From positions 504,662 through 568,661 of the forward strand of contig CAZGEO010000001.1 in NCBI GenBank assembly GCA_964525295.1: DNA of 64,000 nucleotides, given 5' to 3'. Both the position numbers and the translations under genes were made by a program. This document shows positions 9,412 to 18,365 of the stretch, piece after piece; the first letter of the stretch is position 1; each line of letters begins with the position of its first letter. Source of the stretch: an uncultured Candidatus Saccharibacteria bacterium. Its GTDB lineage: Bacteria > Patescibacteriota > Dojkabacteria > GCA-002793355. The notes beneath the pieces were generated by a model. The model ran no database searches. It saw only the letters and a program-made list of their open reading frames with translations, and was not told the DNA's origin.

Positions 9412-10587
9412 ATGGATATTCTTACCTTTGCAATTGCCTTTGTCGTCGCTTTAGTACTGGCTTTACTAATAACGCCATGGATTGCAGTTTTGGCAAAAAA
9501 GTTTGGAGCTATGCAACTTCCACCTGCGCAGGTATTACAAAAGATTCAAGAACAGCGAGAAAGAGGATTGCTTTCTGATGCAGAATATGAAGCAAAATTG
9601 CAAGCAGCGCGAAGAAGGCTTGATAAACCACCACTAATTATGTGGGGTGGTATTGCCTATGTTGTACCCTTTTTGTTAGTTTCTGGGGTGATTTTACTCA
9701 CCTCAAAGGTTATTAATTTACCTGTTCCCGAGTTTACCAATTATCTACTTTGGTTTGCGACGATAGGGGTACTCTTTGTTATGGGGATTTTAGATGATGT
9801 TTTTGAATTTCCCGGAAAAGTTCAATTGATTTTTCACCTCCTTGCAACGTTACTTTTTGTACTTTCACCGATAGATTTTGATGGTTTTAGAAATCCACTA
9901 TCAAATACTTTTGTGAATCTTGATTGGTGGCATTTGGTTGCTGGCTCTTTTCCTTGGCAAATAAGTCTAGTATTCCCTGGTGATTTCGTTTTGTTCTTTT
10001 GGATTTGGCCGATGATTATGGCTCTCAAGATGCAAGCAGGTAGCGATGGCCTTATGGAAGGTAATGTCGCAATCGGTGCATTTATGCTCTTTTTGGTAAG
10101 TTTCTTTTACGGGCAACCAGCCTCGGCTCTTTTCTCAATTACCTTATCAGGGGCAATGTTAGGATTTTTGTATTTCAATTTTTACCCAACTAAGATTCTT
10201 TCAGGCTCAGCAGGTAAAAGTGTGGTAGGTTTCATATTGGCAGGATTGTCAGTAATTAGTAACTCAAAATTCGCAATCAGTCTTGTTATTTTTGCACTTC
10301 CGTTGTTTGATATGTTTTGGGTATATTTACGAAGAATTCTTTACTATCGTCCACGTTCAATTAAACAACTTTTATTGATTAGTGACAGATTCCATTTTCA
10401 CCATAGTTTAATGAAGTTAGGATTTTCTGAAACAAAAATAGCATTGATTGAGTATGGTATTACCCTGGGGCTTGGTCTTTTAGCAGTATTTGCGCCACCA
10501 CAATTCAAACCAATGATTATCATTGGCTCCTGGGGTTTTGTTGCCAGTTTAATAATTTTTGTCACCAGTAAAGCTAATGCCGTCTAA
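9412..10587 (+). CDS. Glycosyltransferase family 4 polyprenyl-phosphate sugar-1-phosphate transferase (MraY/WecA-like)
   Basis: About 10 TM helices and a GILDDVFEF aspartate-rich motif. A SHOCT-like EYEAKLQAARRRL motif follows TM1. Confidence 0.7.
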   Translation: MDILTFAIAFVVALVLALLITPWIAVLAKKFGAMQLPPAQVLQKIQEQRERGLLSDAEYEAKLQAARRRLDKPPLIMWGGIAYVVPFLLVSGVILLTSKVINLPVPEFTNYLLWFATIGVLFVMGILDDVFEFPGKVQLIFHLLATLLFVLSPIDFDGFRNPLSNTFVNLDWWHLVAGSFPWQISLVFPGDFVLFFWIWPMIMALKMQAGSDGLMEGNVAIGAFMLFLVSFFYGQPASALFSITLSGAMLGFLYFNFYPTKILSGSAGKSVVGFILAGLSVISNSKFAISLVIFALPLFDMFWVYLRRILYYRPRSIKQLLLISDRFHFHHSLMKLGFSETKIALIEYGITLGLGLLAVFAPPQFKPMIIIGSWGFVASLIIFVTSKANAV

Positions 10588-11566
10588 TATTGATGCGAAA
10601 GATTTTGTTGCAAATTATGAACTAAATGACTATCGTTATAGTGCTTTTTGGGTCGGTCGTGAATATGAACATGAATCTGAGGTTTTACTTCTCAATCGAT
10701 TAATTGCGCAATACTTACCCGATCTCAAAGAACGTAGAATTATTGACCTCGGAGGTGCTTATGGTCGTTTAGCCCCAATTTACTCACACGCAAAAGAAAT
10801 AGTTTTAGCAGATTACTCTACCGGTGAATTGAAAGATGGTCAAAAAAGACTTCAAAAAGTGTCGTATGCTAGTAAATTGAAATATGTTGCGCTTAATGCA
10901 TATCGCCTTCCATTTGCAGAAAACAGTATTGATGCGTTGTTAAGTGTTCGAGTAATGCATCACTTGAAAGACGCGAATATATTCCTACAACAACTAGCTA
11001 CTGCCCTAGTTCCAGGCGGAGTTGCAATAATTGAATTCGCACATAAAAATCACCTACTTTCGTTATTAAAAAATCTTTTTAGAGGAAAATTGCGAAGCTT
11101 TTTATCGCAACAGATACTTGAAGTGAATCATCGTGCAGATTCGCAAGGAGTTGCAACAGAGAAAGGACAGATTTCGATTATGTACAACTTCTCTTTTGAG
11201 TATTTTCGTGACAATGCAATTAAATCAGGTCTTCGCGTCGAAGGGGTTTACCCTTGCTCGTTTTTACGTTTAGGATTTTTGAAGAAGAGATTTAAGGTTG
11301 CAACACTATTAAAATTCGAAAATTTTTTACAGAGATTCCTCTCTTTTCTTCGGGTTACTCCAAGTCTGTTCATTGTGTTAAGTAAGAATGGTAGATTCGA
11401 ACCTAGCTCGTTATCTCTTGAGGAAACTTTGCAATGTCCCACGTGCTCTACTCAGGTTAAATCAGCGAAAGAGTCACTAAAATGCGTTAATGGTCATGAT
11501 TTTCCTCAGTCACAAAAAGATATAATCGATTTGCGTGATCCTCGCCCTGAAGAAGTCAACTTTTGA
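10577..11566 (+). CDS. Class I SAM-dependent methyltransferase with C-terminal zinc-ribbon
   Basis: Motif I IIDLGGAYGRL, LVPGGVAIIEF, and a C-terminal CPTCST...CVNGHDF. The alternative start 10559 overlaps the upstream gene. Confidence 0.7.
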   Translation: MPSNIDAKDFVANYELNDYRYSAFWVGREYEHESEVLLLNRLIAQYLPDLKERRIIDLGGAYGRLAPIYSHAKEIVLADYSTGELKDGQKRLQKVSYASKLKYVALNAYRLPFAENSIDALLSVRVMHHLKDANIFLQQLATALVPGGVAIIEFAHKNHLLSLLKNLFRGKLRSFLSQQILEVNHRADSQGVATEKGQISIMYNFSFEYFRDNAIKSGLRVEGVYPCSFLRLGFLKKRFKVATLLKFENFLQRFLSFLRVTPSLFIVLSKNGRFEPSSLSLEETLQCPTCSTQVKSAKESLKCVNGHDFPQSQKDIIDLRDPRPEEVNF

Positions 11567-11597
11567 ATCTCTTTGGGTATCCTGATATAATTCACCA

Positions 11598-11933
11598 ATG
11601 ACACCGTTTTTGGGGCAAATAACAACTTTACCATTCAGTGCGCAAACGATGCCTATTATTGATGGTGTTCTTGATTTATCTACTGAACCAGGAGCTTTTG
11701 TCACTTGGGGGCTTGCTGCTGGTGTCGGTCTTGGTAGTGGTATCGCCCTGATTCTAGTTACCCTTGGCGCATACAAAATTCTTACTAGTGGTGGAGATCC
11801 GTCAAAAGTAAAAGATGGCAAAGATCAAATACAAAATGCCATTATTGGGTTACTTCTCATTATTCTATCTTTTGCGATTGTTAGCACAATATTTAACCTT
11901 TTAGGGTTAGGCTCAATAATTAAATTTGGTTAA
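11598..11933 (+). CDS. T4SS pilin-like small membrane protein
   Basis: SGGDPSKVKDGKDQIQNAIIGLLLIILSFAIV core with two TM helices. Confidence 0.65.
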   Translation: MTPFLGQITTLPFSAQTMPIIDGVLDLSTEPGAFVTWGLAAGVGLGSGIALILVTLGAYKILTSGGDPSKVKDGKDQIQNAIIGLLLIILSFAIVSTIFNLLGLGSIIKFG

Positions 11934-11939
11934 AGAACA

Positions 11940-12248
11940 ATGAACGGATTTCTTGCGACCTCATATACAATTAAACCTCCTCCAGGAGTTCCTACTTCGA
12001 TTACGGTGTGGGGCGTTACAAATAATGCATTAACGGCGATATTAGCTCTCGCTGCTGTTGGCGTTGTAATCACATTTGTTTATGCAGGAATTTCATTCAT
12101 TATGAGTCATTCTGACCCTGGTAAGATTAAGGGAGCTCAAGCAATGATGACTAATGCAGCAATTGGATTTGTAATTATCGTCGCTGCATTCTTTATTCTG
12201 CAATTAATCAACTTCGCCATTACTGGTCAAACTATTGGCGGTATTTAA
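11940..12248 (+). CDS. T4SS pilin-like small membrane protein
   Basis: SHSDPGKIKGAQAMMTNAAIGFVIIVAAFFIL core, tandem paralog. Confidence 0.65.
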   Translation: MNGFLATSYTIKPPPGVPTSITVWGVTNNALTAILALAAVGVVITFVYAGISFIMSHSDPGKIKGAQAMMTNAAIGFVIIVAAFFILQLINFAITGQTIGGI

Positions 12249-12254
12249 TCTTTC

Positions 12255-12602
12255 ATGAAAACAATGATGCTATCAATTTTTCAAAAAGCCTTTGCTTTTG
12301 GGGTAAATGTTATCGGAAATCCTTCTGTGCCTTCAGGGTATATTAAATCTAATGAAGGGGCCGAAAGAATTAGTTCCGCTCTAAGCGTCATATTTGTATT
12401 AACTGCCATTACGGCCGTATTTACTATTATGTGGGCAGGTTTTGCCTATATAACGAGTACAGGTGATCCAGGTAAGATTAAGCAGGCAATGAGTACCCTG
12501 CAATGGGCTGTTGTAGGTTTGATCATCTCAGGTCTAGGTTATCTCATCGTTTCTATTATTGCCGGAATCATGGGAATCAATAGTCTTGAATTGCCGTTCT
12601 AG
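12255..12602 (+). CDS. T4SS pilin-like small membrane protein
   Basis: STGDPGKIKQAMSTLQWAVVGLIISGLGYLIV core, tandem paralog. Confidence 0.65.
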   Translation: MKTMMLSIFQKAFAFGVNVIGNPSVPSGYIKSNEGAERISSALSVIFVLTAITAVFTIMWAGFAYITSTGDPGKIKQAMSTLQWAVVGLIISGLGYLIVSIIAGIMGINSLELPF

Positions 12603-12676
12603 TTACTAATTACAATCTATCCAATCAATTTCTCTTTGTTTGAGCTTTTTTTTGGGGAAGATTGTGATCAGACACT

Positions 12677-12705
12677 TTGTTCAAAGTAAAAATTTAAGGT
12701 ATAAT
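12677..12705 (+). promoter_or_regulatory. Sigma70-like promoter TTGTTC-17-TATAAT upstream of the DUF4870 gene
   Basis: Exact 17-nt spacer. TATAAT lies at 12700-12705, 28 nt before the ATG at 12734. Confidence 0.5.
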
Positions 12706-12733
12706 GCACCATTAAGTTAAACTGTTCACTCAC

Positions 12734-13105
12734 ATGGCAGAAGTCGTCGAAACAAAGCCAGTTGCAACCGAATCAGCAGCATCAACTGTTGATAGCAACG
12801 CAAAATTAATGGCAGCAATTGCATGGTTCTTTGCACCAATTGCATCTGTCGTATTCATCGTTCTTGATAACTACAAGAAAGATAAATATGTTCAATTCCA
12901 TGCTTGGCAATCATTAGCATTCGGTATTGCAAACATCGTTGTTTCATTCGTTTTAGGTTGGACTTGTATTCTTCCACTTGCAATGTTTGTTGTTGCAATC
13001 GTTGGAATTATCAAGGCATTCCAAGGTGAAATGTGGAAGCTTCCAGTTATTGGTGACTGGGCAGAACAACAGGCAAATAGCACTGTTGCAAGCGCAAGCA
13101 AATAG
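12734..13105 (+). CDS. DUF4870-family small membrane protein
   Basis: Motif YVQFHAWQSLAFGI with two or three TM helices. Confidence 0.65.
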   Translation: MAEVVETKPVATESAASTVDSNAKLMAAIAWFFAPIASVVFIVLDNYKKDKYVQFHAWQSLAFGIANIVVSFVLGWTCILPLAMFVVAIVGIIKAFQGEMWKLPVIGDWAEQQANSTVASASK

Positions 13106-13139
13106 GGTTAGCACTATTGCCACGTGAGTGGTTTTGCGT

Positions 13140-14756
13140 TTATTGTTGGTTGCGCTGCGTAGCAGCGCAACTTTCTATGGAGAGGTGGCCGAGTGGCTGA
13201 AGGCACCTCACTGCTAACGAGGCAAGGATGAAAATCCTTCCCGGGTTCGAATCCCGGCCTCTCCGCCAGTTGTTTGTTATTCGGACTTCCCGAATCTTTA
13301 TTAGTTGAGCAACCACAGGGTTGTATTCAACTCGCACAATTTGTTTATTATCAACGTAAATTCCTTCAAAAAACATTCTCAAATACTTTCTTTTTAGTGT
13401 TGCATCGGCTTTTATATAGCTTGAGAAGATATTTTCAGATAATGACAGTATGCTATCGAGAATCTTTACTTTGTCGGTATGGTCATTCTGAATACTCGCC
13501 AAATCACTCATAGCAACGGATAGCTCATCTTTTAACCTCATATAAATATCCGTAAATTCATCGCTAGATACAATCCTATCCATTCTGTCATCTTCGGCGT
13601 TTTTCATGCGTGTTTTAATCTTCGCAATCCTGTTCTTAATGATTTTTTCTTCTTCTGATTCAGTTTCTCGTACTTCTGCAAGGATTGATTTTGCGGTTTT
13701 AATAACATCTTTCTTAAAGTCTTCCGTAAACTCAATCTTCTTGAATTCTTCGGATACTAACTGCTCTAGTACTTCCATACGGACATAGTTTTTTGAGCAG
13801 TTTTTGCTCTTTTTTCTGCTTTTGCATCCAAAGTAAAAGAATTCCTGTTGTTTTCCGTTTAGGTATTTCTTGATTTTCTGCTCTCCAACAAGTCTTGAAC
13901 CACAGTTACAATAAACATGACCTCTAAGCATGAAATTATGCGTTCTATCACGAGTTCCTTTCACCTTGCGAATATCGAGTAATTGCTGAACAGTATCAAA
14001 TAACTGCTTTGTTATGATTGGTTCATGCTTTCCTTTGTGTAGTTCGCCTTTCCAGTCAAAATCTCCATAATAAATGGGGTTTCTTAACATTCGTGATACT
14101 GCACTTCTTGATATTGGTTTACTCTCTGTTGAAAGCATACCTTTCTTTTGGAGTGTTTCCGTTAAAGAGGTTATAGAATGATCACCACTTGCAAAGAGCT
14201 GAAAGGCGTATAAAACGAGTTTTGCTACATCGGGTACTGGTCTTATATATCTTTTGTGTTTCTCTCCATAATTTTCATATCCGATGGGTGCAAATGTTGG
14301 CCACCAACCATTCTTTATCTTTTGAGAAACACCTTTTTTGACTTCAAAACCGAGATTAGCAGAATAAAACTGTGCTTGAGCCGACATTATTCCCATTAAG
14401 AATTGGTCTGCTGGGTTATCATCGTTGAAATTCTCCGATACTGACATGAGTTTTACTTTTTTGTCATTGAGAATCTTCTTGATAGTCCAAAAATCAGCCA
14501 TATCACGAGATAACCTATCAGACTTATGGATAATAAGTCCATCTACTTCATGTTCTGATATAAAAGAGATCATTTCAAGAAGTGCAGGTCTATCTGCTGT
14601 TCGTGCTGATTTCCCTGCATCTTCAAATTCTTTTACGACTACATATCCGTTAGCTTTCGCAAATTCGTTACATTTTTCACGCTGAAAAGGTAGCGATAAA
14701 TCATGCTTTGCCTGTTCATCTGTGGATACTCTCGTGTATATGACTGCTGTTTTCAT
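13140..14756 (-). CDS. Large serine recombinase (resolvase/invertase N-domain + recombinase domain + zinc-ribbon); the frame continues antisense across the whole tRNA-Ser gene
   Basis: N-terminal YTRVSTDEQ with the catalytic Ser, and DRLSRD. Cys pairs lie in the C-terminal region. The last ~43 codons are the reverse complement of the tRNA. Confidence 0.8.
   Translation of the reverse strand: MKTAVIYTRVSTDEQAKHDLSLPFQREKCNEFAKANGYVVVKEFEDAGKSARTADRPALLEMISFISEHEVDGLIIHKSDRLSRDMADFWTIKKILNDKKVKLMSVSENFNDDNPADQFLMGIMSAQAQFYSANLGFEVKKGVSQKIKNGWWPTFAPIGYENYGEKHKRYIRPVPDVAKLVLYAFQLFASGDHSITSLTETLQKKGMLSTESKPISRSAVSRMLRNPIYYGDFDWKGELHKGKHEPIITKQLFDTVQQLLDIRKVKGTRDRTHNFMLRGHVYCNCGSRLVGEQKIKKYLNGKQQEFFYFGCKSRKKSKNCSKNYVRMEVLEQLVSEEFKKIEFTEDFKKDVIKTAKSILAEVRETESEEEKIIKNRIAKIKTRMKNAEDDRMDRIVSSDEFTDIYMRLKDELSVAMSDLASIQNDHTDKVKILDSILSLSENIFSSYIKADATLKRKYLRMFFEGIYVDNKQIVRVEYNPVVAQLIKIREVRITNNWRRGRDSNPGRIFILASLAVRCLQPLGHLSIESCAATQRNQQ
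13150..13176 (+). terminator. Perfect 9-bp inverted repeat TTGCGCTGC-gta-GCAGCGCAA followed by CTTTCT; possible intrinsic terminator between the DUF4870 gene and tRNA-Ser
   Basis: The palindrome is read directly in the sequence. The U tract is weak, and the hairpin also lies inside the 3' tail of the recombinase reading frame. Confidence 0.35.
13179..13268 (+). tRNA. tRNA-Ser (anticodon GCU) with long variable arm and encoded CCA
   Basis: Acceptor GGAGAGG/CCTCTCC, anticodon loop CUGCUAA (U33, GCU, A37), variable-arm hairpin AAGGATGAAAATCCTT, T-arm CCGGGTTCGAATCCCGG, discriminator G + CCA. Confidence 0.85.
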
Positions 14757-14913
14757 TTTAGGCTTTATTAGGTTTCAATTTAGCTTTTCGCATAGCTTTC
14801 ATTTCCCTTATCATGGCGTAGTAATAATCCTTTTGTGCGTTCACAAAATTTTGGATAAATAAATCGACTGGTTTTAATTTCTTTTTCATATTGTATTAGT
14901 GTTAATAAATAAA

Positions 14914-15023
14914 AAAGGGCGACTCGTTGGACACAACTCTGTATCACAGAATTGTACGAATCGCCCTTTACATCATTTAAACCTAAATGACTAAGGTCTG
15001 TGATACGATTAAGTTGTGTCCAG
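14914..15023. repeat. Two interleaved imperfect inverted repeats upstream of the recombinase gene: AAAGGGCGA/TCGCCCTTT and TTGGACACAAC..GTATCACAGA/TCTGTGATAC..GTTGTGTCCAG
   Basis: Read directly in the sequence. Candidate recombinase-binding or att-like or operator site. The 85-aa track ORF 14780..15037 here is probably spurious. Confidence 0.5.
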
Positions 15024-16001
15024 TTATATCTTACCATAGTTTTGTTTTTCTGTTAATTTTTCTACCTCCTTTTTTATAAAATTAAGTAAATTGAAGTTTT
15101 CGGCGTTCATATTGAGAAATTCTGTACTAAATCCGTTTTGCTCAAAGGTCGCATAATCAATAAAAAGAAATCTATCCTTTTGCAAAAAGTCATCTACAAC
15201 ATAATCAGACATACTGCGAATATCATCTGCCATTGTTACCCCCTTTAAAACAACATTTTTGAAGTTCATACTAGCATGACTCCAACTCCACTGACCTGTA
15301 TATTCAGGCTCAAATACAACAAGGTTTTTAAGCCTTTCTCTTGTGCTTTCGGTGATAAACAGGATATTCGGGTAAGTGTTTACTTTTTGTTGTTTGAGTT
15401 GATCAAAATATTCAAAGTATTTCATGTACTTAACCGCAACATCTTTTGAATACTCTGTTCCTCTGTCGTATTCAATCCAAAATGAAAAGACAATGTTTTC
15501 TATTTGAATTTCAACTTCTGCATCAGGCATTACATATCTTTTGATAATCCTGCCCGATGATGTGTTGCGAAACTGATATTCATACCTTGTAAAATGGTCA
15601 CCTGTAAACTTTCTTAATATTAGGTTGTGTTTTTGGCACTCCCGAAGCAAAAGCAAATACAAATTAGCGACTTTTACTGTATGCTCTAAAGCAAAGAAAT
15701 TCACACCAGTTAGCCTTTCAGGACAATTAATAGAATCCTCACTCACACCTGTACCAGTAGCCAGTTGTTTTGCCCCAAGTCGTGATAAAAATATGATTTT
15801 GGCATTGTTGGTATAGTAGGTCGTTCTAATTAATCCATGCTCCCTTAATCTGTTTACTGTTCTACTAACTGCTTGATAACTTCCGTATAACTTCTTCTCC
15901 AATAAAATCTTAGTCAAAACTTGAAGCGGTAAAAATCTAAAACTATTAACTATCCCTAATATCTGAATATCATTGTACTTTGCAATATAACTTTCTTTCA
16001 T
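15024..16001 (-). CDS. Replication-relaxation family protein (plasmid-type, wHTH N-terminus)
   Basis: N-terminal wHTH (LTKILLEKKLYGSYQAVSRTVNRLREHGLIRT) and a PDAEVEI...FWIEYDRGTE motif typical of the Replication-relaxation family. Confidence 0.55.
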   Translation of the reverse strand: MKESYIAKYNDIQILGIVNSFRFLPLQVLTKILLEKKLYGSYQAVSRTVNRLREHGLIRTTYYTNNAKIIFLSRLGAKQLATGTGVSEDSINCPERLTGVNFFALEHTVKVANLYLLLLRECQKHNLILRKFTGDHFTRYEYQFRNTSSGRIIKRYVMPDAEVEIQIENIVFSFWIEYDRGTEYSKDVAVKYMKYFEYFDQLKQQKVNTYPNILFITESTRERLKNLVVFEPEYTGQWSWSHASMNFKNVVLKGVTMADDIRSMSDYVVDDFLQKDRFLFIDYATFEQNGFSTEFLNMNAENFNLLNFIKKEVEKLTEKQNYGKI

Positions 16002-16033
16002 AATAAAAATAACTAAAAAATTAAATAAAAAAG

Positions 16034-16196
16034 TAAGGTCTGTCGATCACACACTTTTCACAGAACTTAATGTGTAACACACACACATTAATCGTTGTCG
16101 AGGGAGTGATTGGGTGGAAGGCATTAGGAAACGCAGTTTCGCCTTCCACCCAATCAGTCACGAGGTTCTGTAAAAGTGCGACAGACCGTAACTTTC
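16034..16196. repeat. Nested inverted-repeat (cruciform-capable) region: outer arms GGTCTGTCG..CACTTTTCACAGAAC / GTTCTGTAAAAGTGCGACAGACC, palindrome TTAATGTGT-aacac-ACACATTAA, inner perfect 13-bp IR TTGGGTGGAAGGC / GCCTTCCACCCAA
   Basis: Read directly in the sequence. It is located just downstream of the Rep-like gene inside the element. Candidate element origin, oriT or a structured RNA. Confidence 0.55.
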
Positions 16197-16286
16197 GTGT
16201 TTGACAACATGGTGAGAAACTGGATTCATAGAAACGCCCTTTTCGGTAGGATACATTCAACATTTAATCAATCATGGTTTTCATAG

Positions 16287-17075
16287 TTAAAATTTAGATT
16301 TTTCTAAGAATTTAGCTCTCATTGTTTCAAGTTTTGACAGTTGCTCTTTGCGTTTTCGTTTCTCCTGTAAATCTTTGAGAGTTTTAACAAACAACCCTGC
16401 TGGGTTTGAGAGTGGTTTTGTTCCATCAACTTGAGCAGTGCGAATTTGAGTTCTTGTGAAAATTAAAGCATCTGTAACATCATCGGAATTAACAATTCCT
16501 TTGTTCTTTTGGCTGATTAGCTTTTGGTAGTATTTAATGCTTTTAAGGTAGTTTAGCTCTTTAGCGATTTCTACTGCTTCTTCTGAAAAAGATTTAAAAT
16601 CATCGTTTAACGTTAACTTATTATTTTTAATCTTTTCTTCTTCAACTTTATATTCTTTGTAGGTCAAATTTGACTCACCTTGATGTGTCAATTCTGAAAC
16701 ATCTGGTTGTTGCAATTCTGACACATCCGCAAGACTATCGAGTTTTTCAGCATATATTTCTGATATTGGCTCAAGAATATACAAGTTTGTTTTATTAAGT
16801 CCTCTTGTTTTCCAAGACATAAGCCCACGACTTCTAAGCTCATCTAATCCTCTAAATATTGAACTTCTACTTTTACCGATTGTTTCTGCTAGTTTATTTT
16901 GTCCTGGAAAACAATAATTTTTGTTCATAGCGTATTTGAGAAGTGCCAAATATACTCTAACTGCAAGATCTGAAAGCAATCTATCTTCTGTTATTAAATG
17001 ACTAATTTGAGCAAATCCGTATTGCTTTTCAAAATCTCGAAATATTACTTTGTCTTGCTTATCGGTCATTTTCAT
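16287..17075 (-). CDS. HTH-domain replication-initiator-like protein (DnaD/replisome-organizer-like N-terminus)
   Basis: The N-terminal VYLALLKYAMNKN...NKLAETIGKSRSSIFRGLDELRSRGLM resembles Rep/DnaD-type wHTH. The C-terminus is charged. Confidence 0.45.
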   Translation of the reverse strand: MKMTDKQDKVIFRDFEKQYGFAQISHLITEDRLLSDLAVRVYLALLKYAMNKNYCFPGQNKLAETIGKSRSSIFRGLDELRSRGLMSWKTRGLNKTNLYILEPISEIYAEKLDSLADVSELQQPDVSELTHQGESNLTYKEYKVEEEKIKNNKLTLNDDFKSFSEEAVEIAKELNYLKSIKYYQKLISQKNKGIVNSDDVTDALIFTRTQIRTAQVDGTKPLSNPAGLFVKTLKDLQEKRKRKEQLSKLETMRAKFLEKSKF

Positions 17076-17254
17076 GTACTTTTCGTTTTTGTAAATAACT
17101 TGCTTTTTCGAAGTAGCTCAATTGCTGATTTAGACTTCTCCTGCTTTCCAATTAATCGGCTATAACCTAATTGTTCAAAACAAAGCAAAACCCATTCACG
17201 AATGAATAGTTCTCTTGCGGTCATAGGTTTTGTTTTTTGTTTCTCTTTTGCCAT
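17072..17254 (-). CDS. Small basic hypothetical protein (60 aa), translationally coupled (ATGA overlap) to the downstream Rep-like gene
   Basis: 4-nt start/stop overlap with 16287..17075. Confidence 0.4.
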   Translation of the reverse strand: MAKEKQKTKPMTARELFIREWVLLCFEQLGYSRLIGKQEKSKSAIELLRKSKLFTKTKST

Positions 17255-17257
17255 TTT

Positions 17258-17335
17258 TAAAACAAAAAAAGAGGTCTAAATCAAAAAGGCTGTAAGCGTT
17301 ACGCTTAACAAATGACCTTTAAGACTTAGACCTCT
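17258..17335 (-). terminator. Intrinsic terminator: 10-bp perfect stem AGAGGTCTAA/TTAGACCTCT (with inner GCGTAACGC hairpin) followed on the minus strand by U7-rich tract
   Basis: Plus-strand aacaaaaaaagaggtctaa...ttagacctct, downstream of gene 17384..17599. Confidence 0.5.
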
Positions 17336-17383
17336 CTACAACTCAACTAAGGGTAGCTGAGGGCTAATATCTAAATTATTTAC

Positions 17384-17599
17384 TTATTGTTTCGTTTTTC
17401 TTTTACCTGTTTTTATATGTAATATCGTGCTATCAATTCTTTTGTTTGATATTTTAATTTCGTAAGTTCCAAATTCAAATTTTACGAATTCTTCAATGAT
17501 TTTCTTGAGATCTTCCAAGTGGATATTATAGATTTCAGGGCTTTGTAATAGCTCAAGAAATTGTTTTTTGAGTTCAAGTGATATTTTAGATTGTGTCAT
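17384..17599 (-). CDS. Hypothetical small protein (71 aa)
   Basis: 14-nt overlap with the upstream ORF and the same orientation as the element genes. Confidence 0.4.
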   Translation of the reverse strand: MTQSKISLELKKQFLELLQSPEIYNIHLEDLKKIIEEFVKFEFGTYEIKISNKRIDSTILHIKTGKRKTKQ

Positions 17600-18365
17600 A
17601 TGAGATATTTTTGTCTAATAAATCTAAATAATCCGTACTATCGCTATCTGTTTTCATAGCGTAATTCTTGTAAATCATTAACGGCTCTAAATACTCAATA
17701 CTTGATACTCCATCAACTATTGAAACTCGTTTAAAACCCTCTTGTTTGAGGTACTCGTTATCAGTACGAAGTACTGAAAAGATATTTGCTTCTTGAGTTG
17801 TTAAGTTCTTTTTAGGGATTAAAACAACATAGAATGGGTCAAGTTTTGAGTGGTAATAGTCAAATATTGTAAGTTTCCAACATGGAATTGAGACTTTTTG
17901 AGTGTATACAGTCATTTCTTCAATAACTGGGAGGGCTACAAACAGCTTTTTATTAAGTCTGAGGTTGTATAGGACTCTTTCTTCCATTGGAGTATTTTCA
18001 ACTGGTTTTGGTGGCAATTGGCTTGAAAAATAGTTATATACATGGATTCGTATTTCATCATGTTTATATCCTCGTTTAAATAATTGGTGAATGTACCATA
18101 TCATCATTGGTACTTTAATTTTGTGATAGCCTACTGTACCACCAAGAGCAGAGGTTAAGCCCATTTTCTTTGCAGAGGGAAGAAAGCTATGTCGGGAGTA
18201 GTAAATGAGTTTCTTTCTATCACATTCAATGTTCCAAGAGCTTTTTATGATTAAATCGACAACTGTATCTGAGGATAGATCGTATCTATTTGTTGTATCG
18301 GAGACTAAACCCCATTCATACATTTGTTTTACGAAGTTACTAATTGTTTTATCTAAGATATTCAT
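17586..18365 (-). CDS. Hypothetical protein (259 aa), element-encoded
   Basis: Long ORF with no recognisable motif. Confidence 0.5.
   Translation of the reverse strand: MNILDKTISNFVKQMYEWGLVSDTTNRYDLSSDTVVDLIIKSSWNIECDRKKLIYYSRHSFLPSAKKMGLTSALGGTVGYHKIKVPMMIWYIHQLFKRGYKHDEIRIHVYNYFSSQLPPKPVENTPMEERVLYNLRLNKKLFVALPVIEEMTVYTQKVSIPCWKLTIFDYYHSKLDPFYVVLIPKKNLTTQEANIFSVLRTDNEYLKQEGFKRVSIVDGVSSIEYLEPLMIYKNYAMKTDSDSTDYLDLLDKNISYDTI

Larger units (their letters stand above)
13140..18365 (-). mobile_element. Integrated plasmid/phage-like element adjacent to tRNA-Ser (right boundary uncertain: about 18.4 kb, 19.65 kb or 22.66 kb)
   Basis: A uniformly minus-strand block contains a large serine recombinase abutting or overlapping the tRNA, a replication-relaxation-family protein, a Rep-like HTH protein, small hypotheticals and dense inverted repeats. 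Host-like genes lie on both sides. Confidence 0.55.

Noticed and set aside
9540-9620. SHOCT-like motif (EYEAKLQAARRRL) in the GT4 transferase, as a sign of a domain fusion
   Set aside because: It is short and could simply be an amphipathic cytoplasmic loop. It is noted in the feature evidence only.
14780-15037. 85-aa ORF between the recombinase and the replication-relaxation gene
   Set aside because: It is made entirely of the interleaved inverted repeats and is more plausibly a DNA site than a gene.
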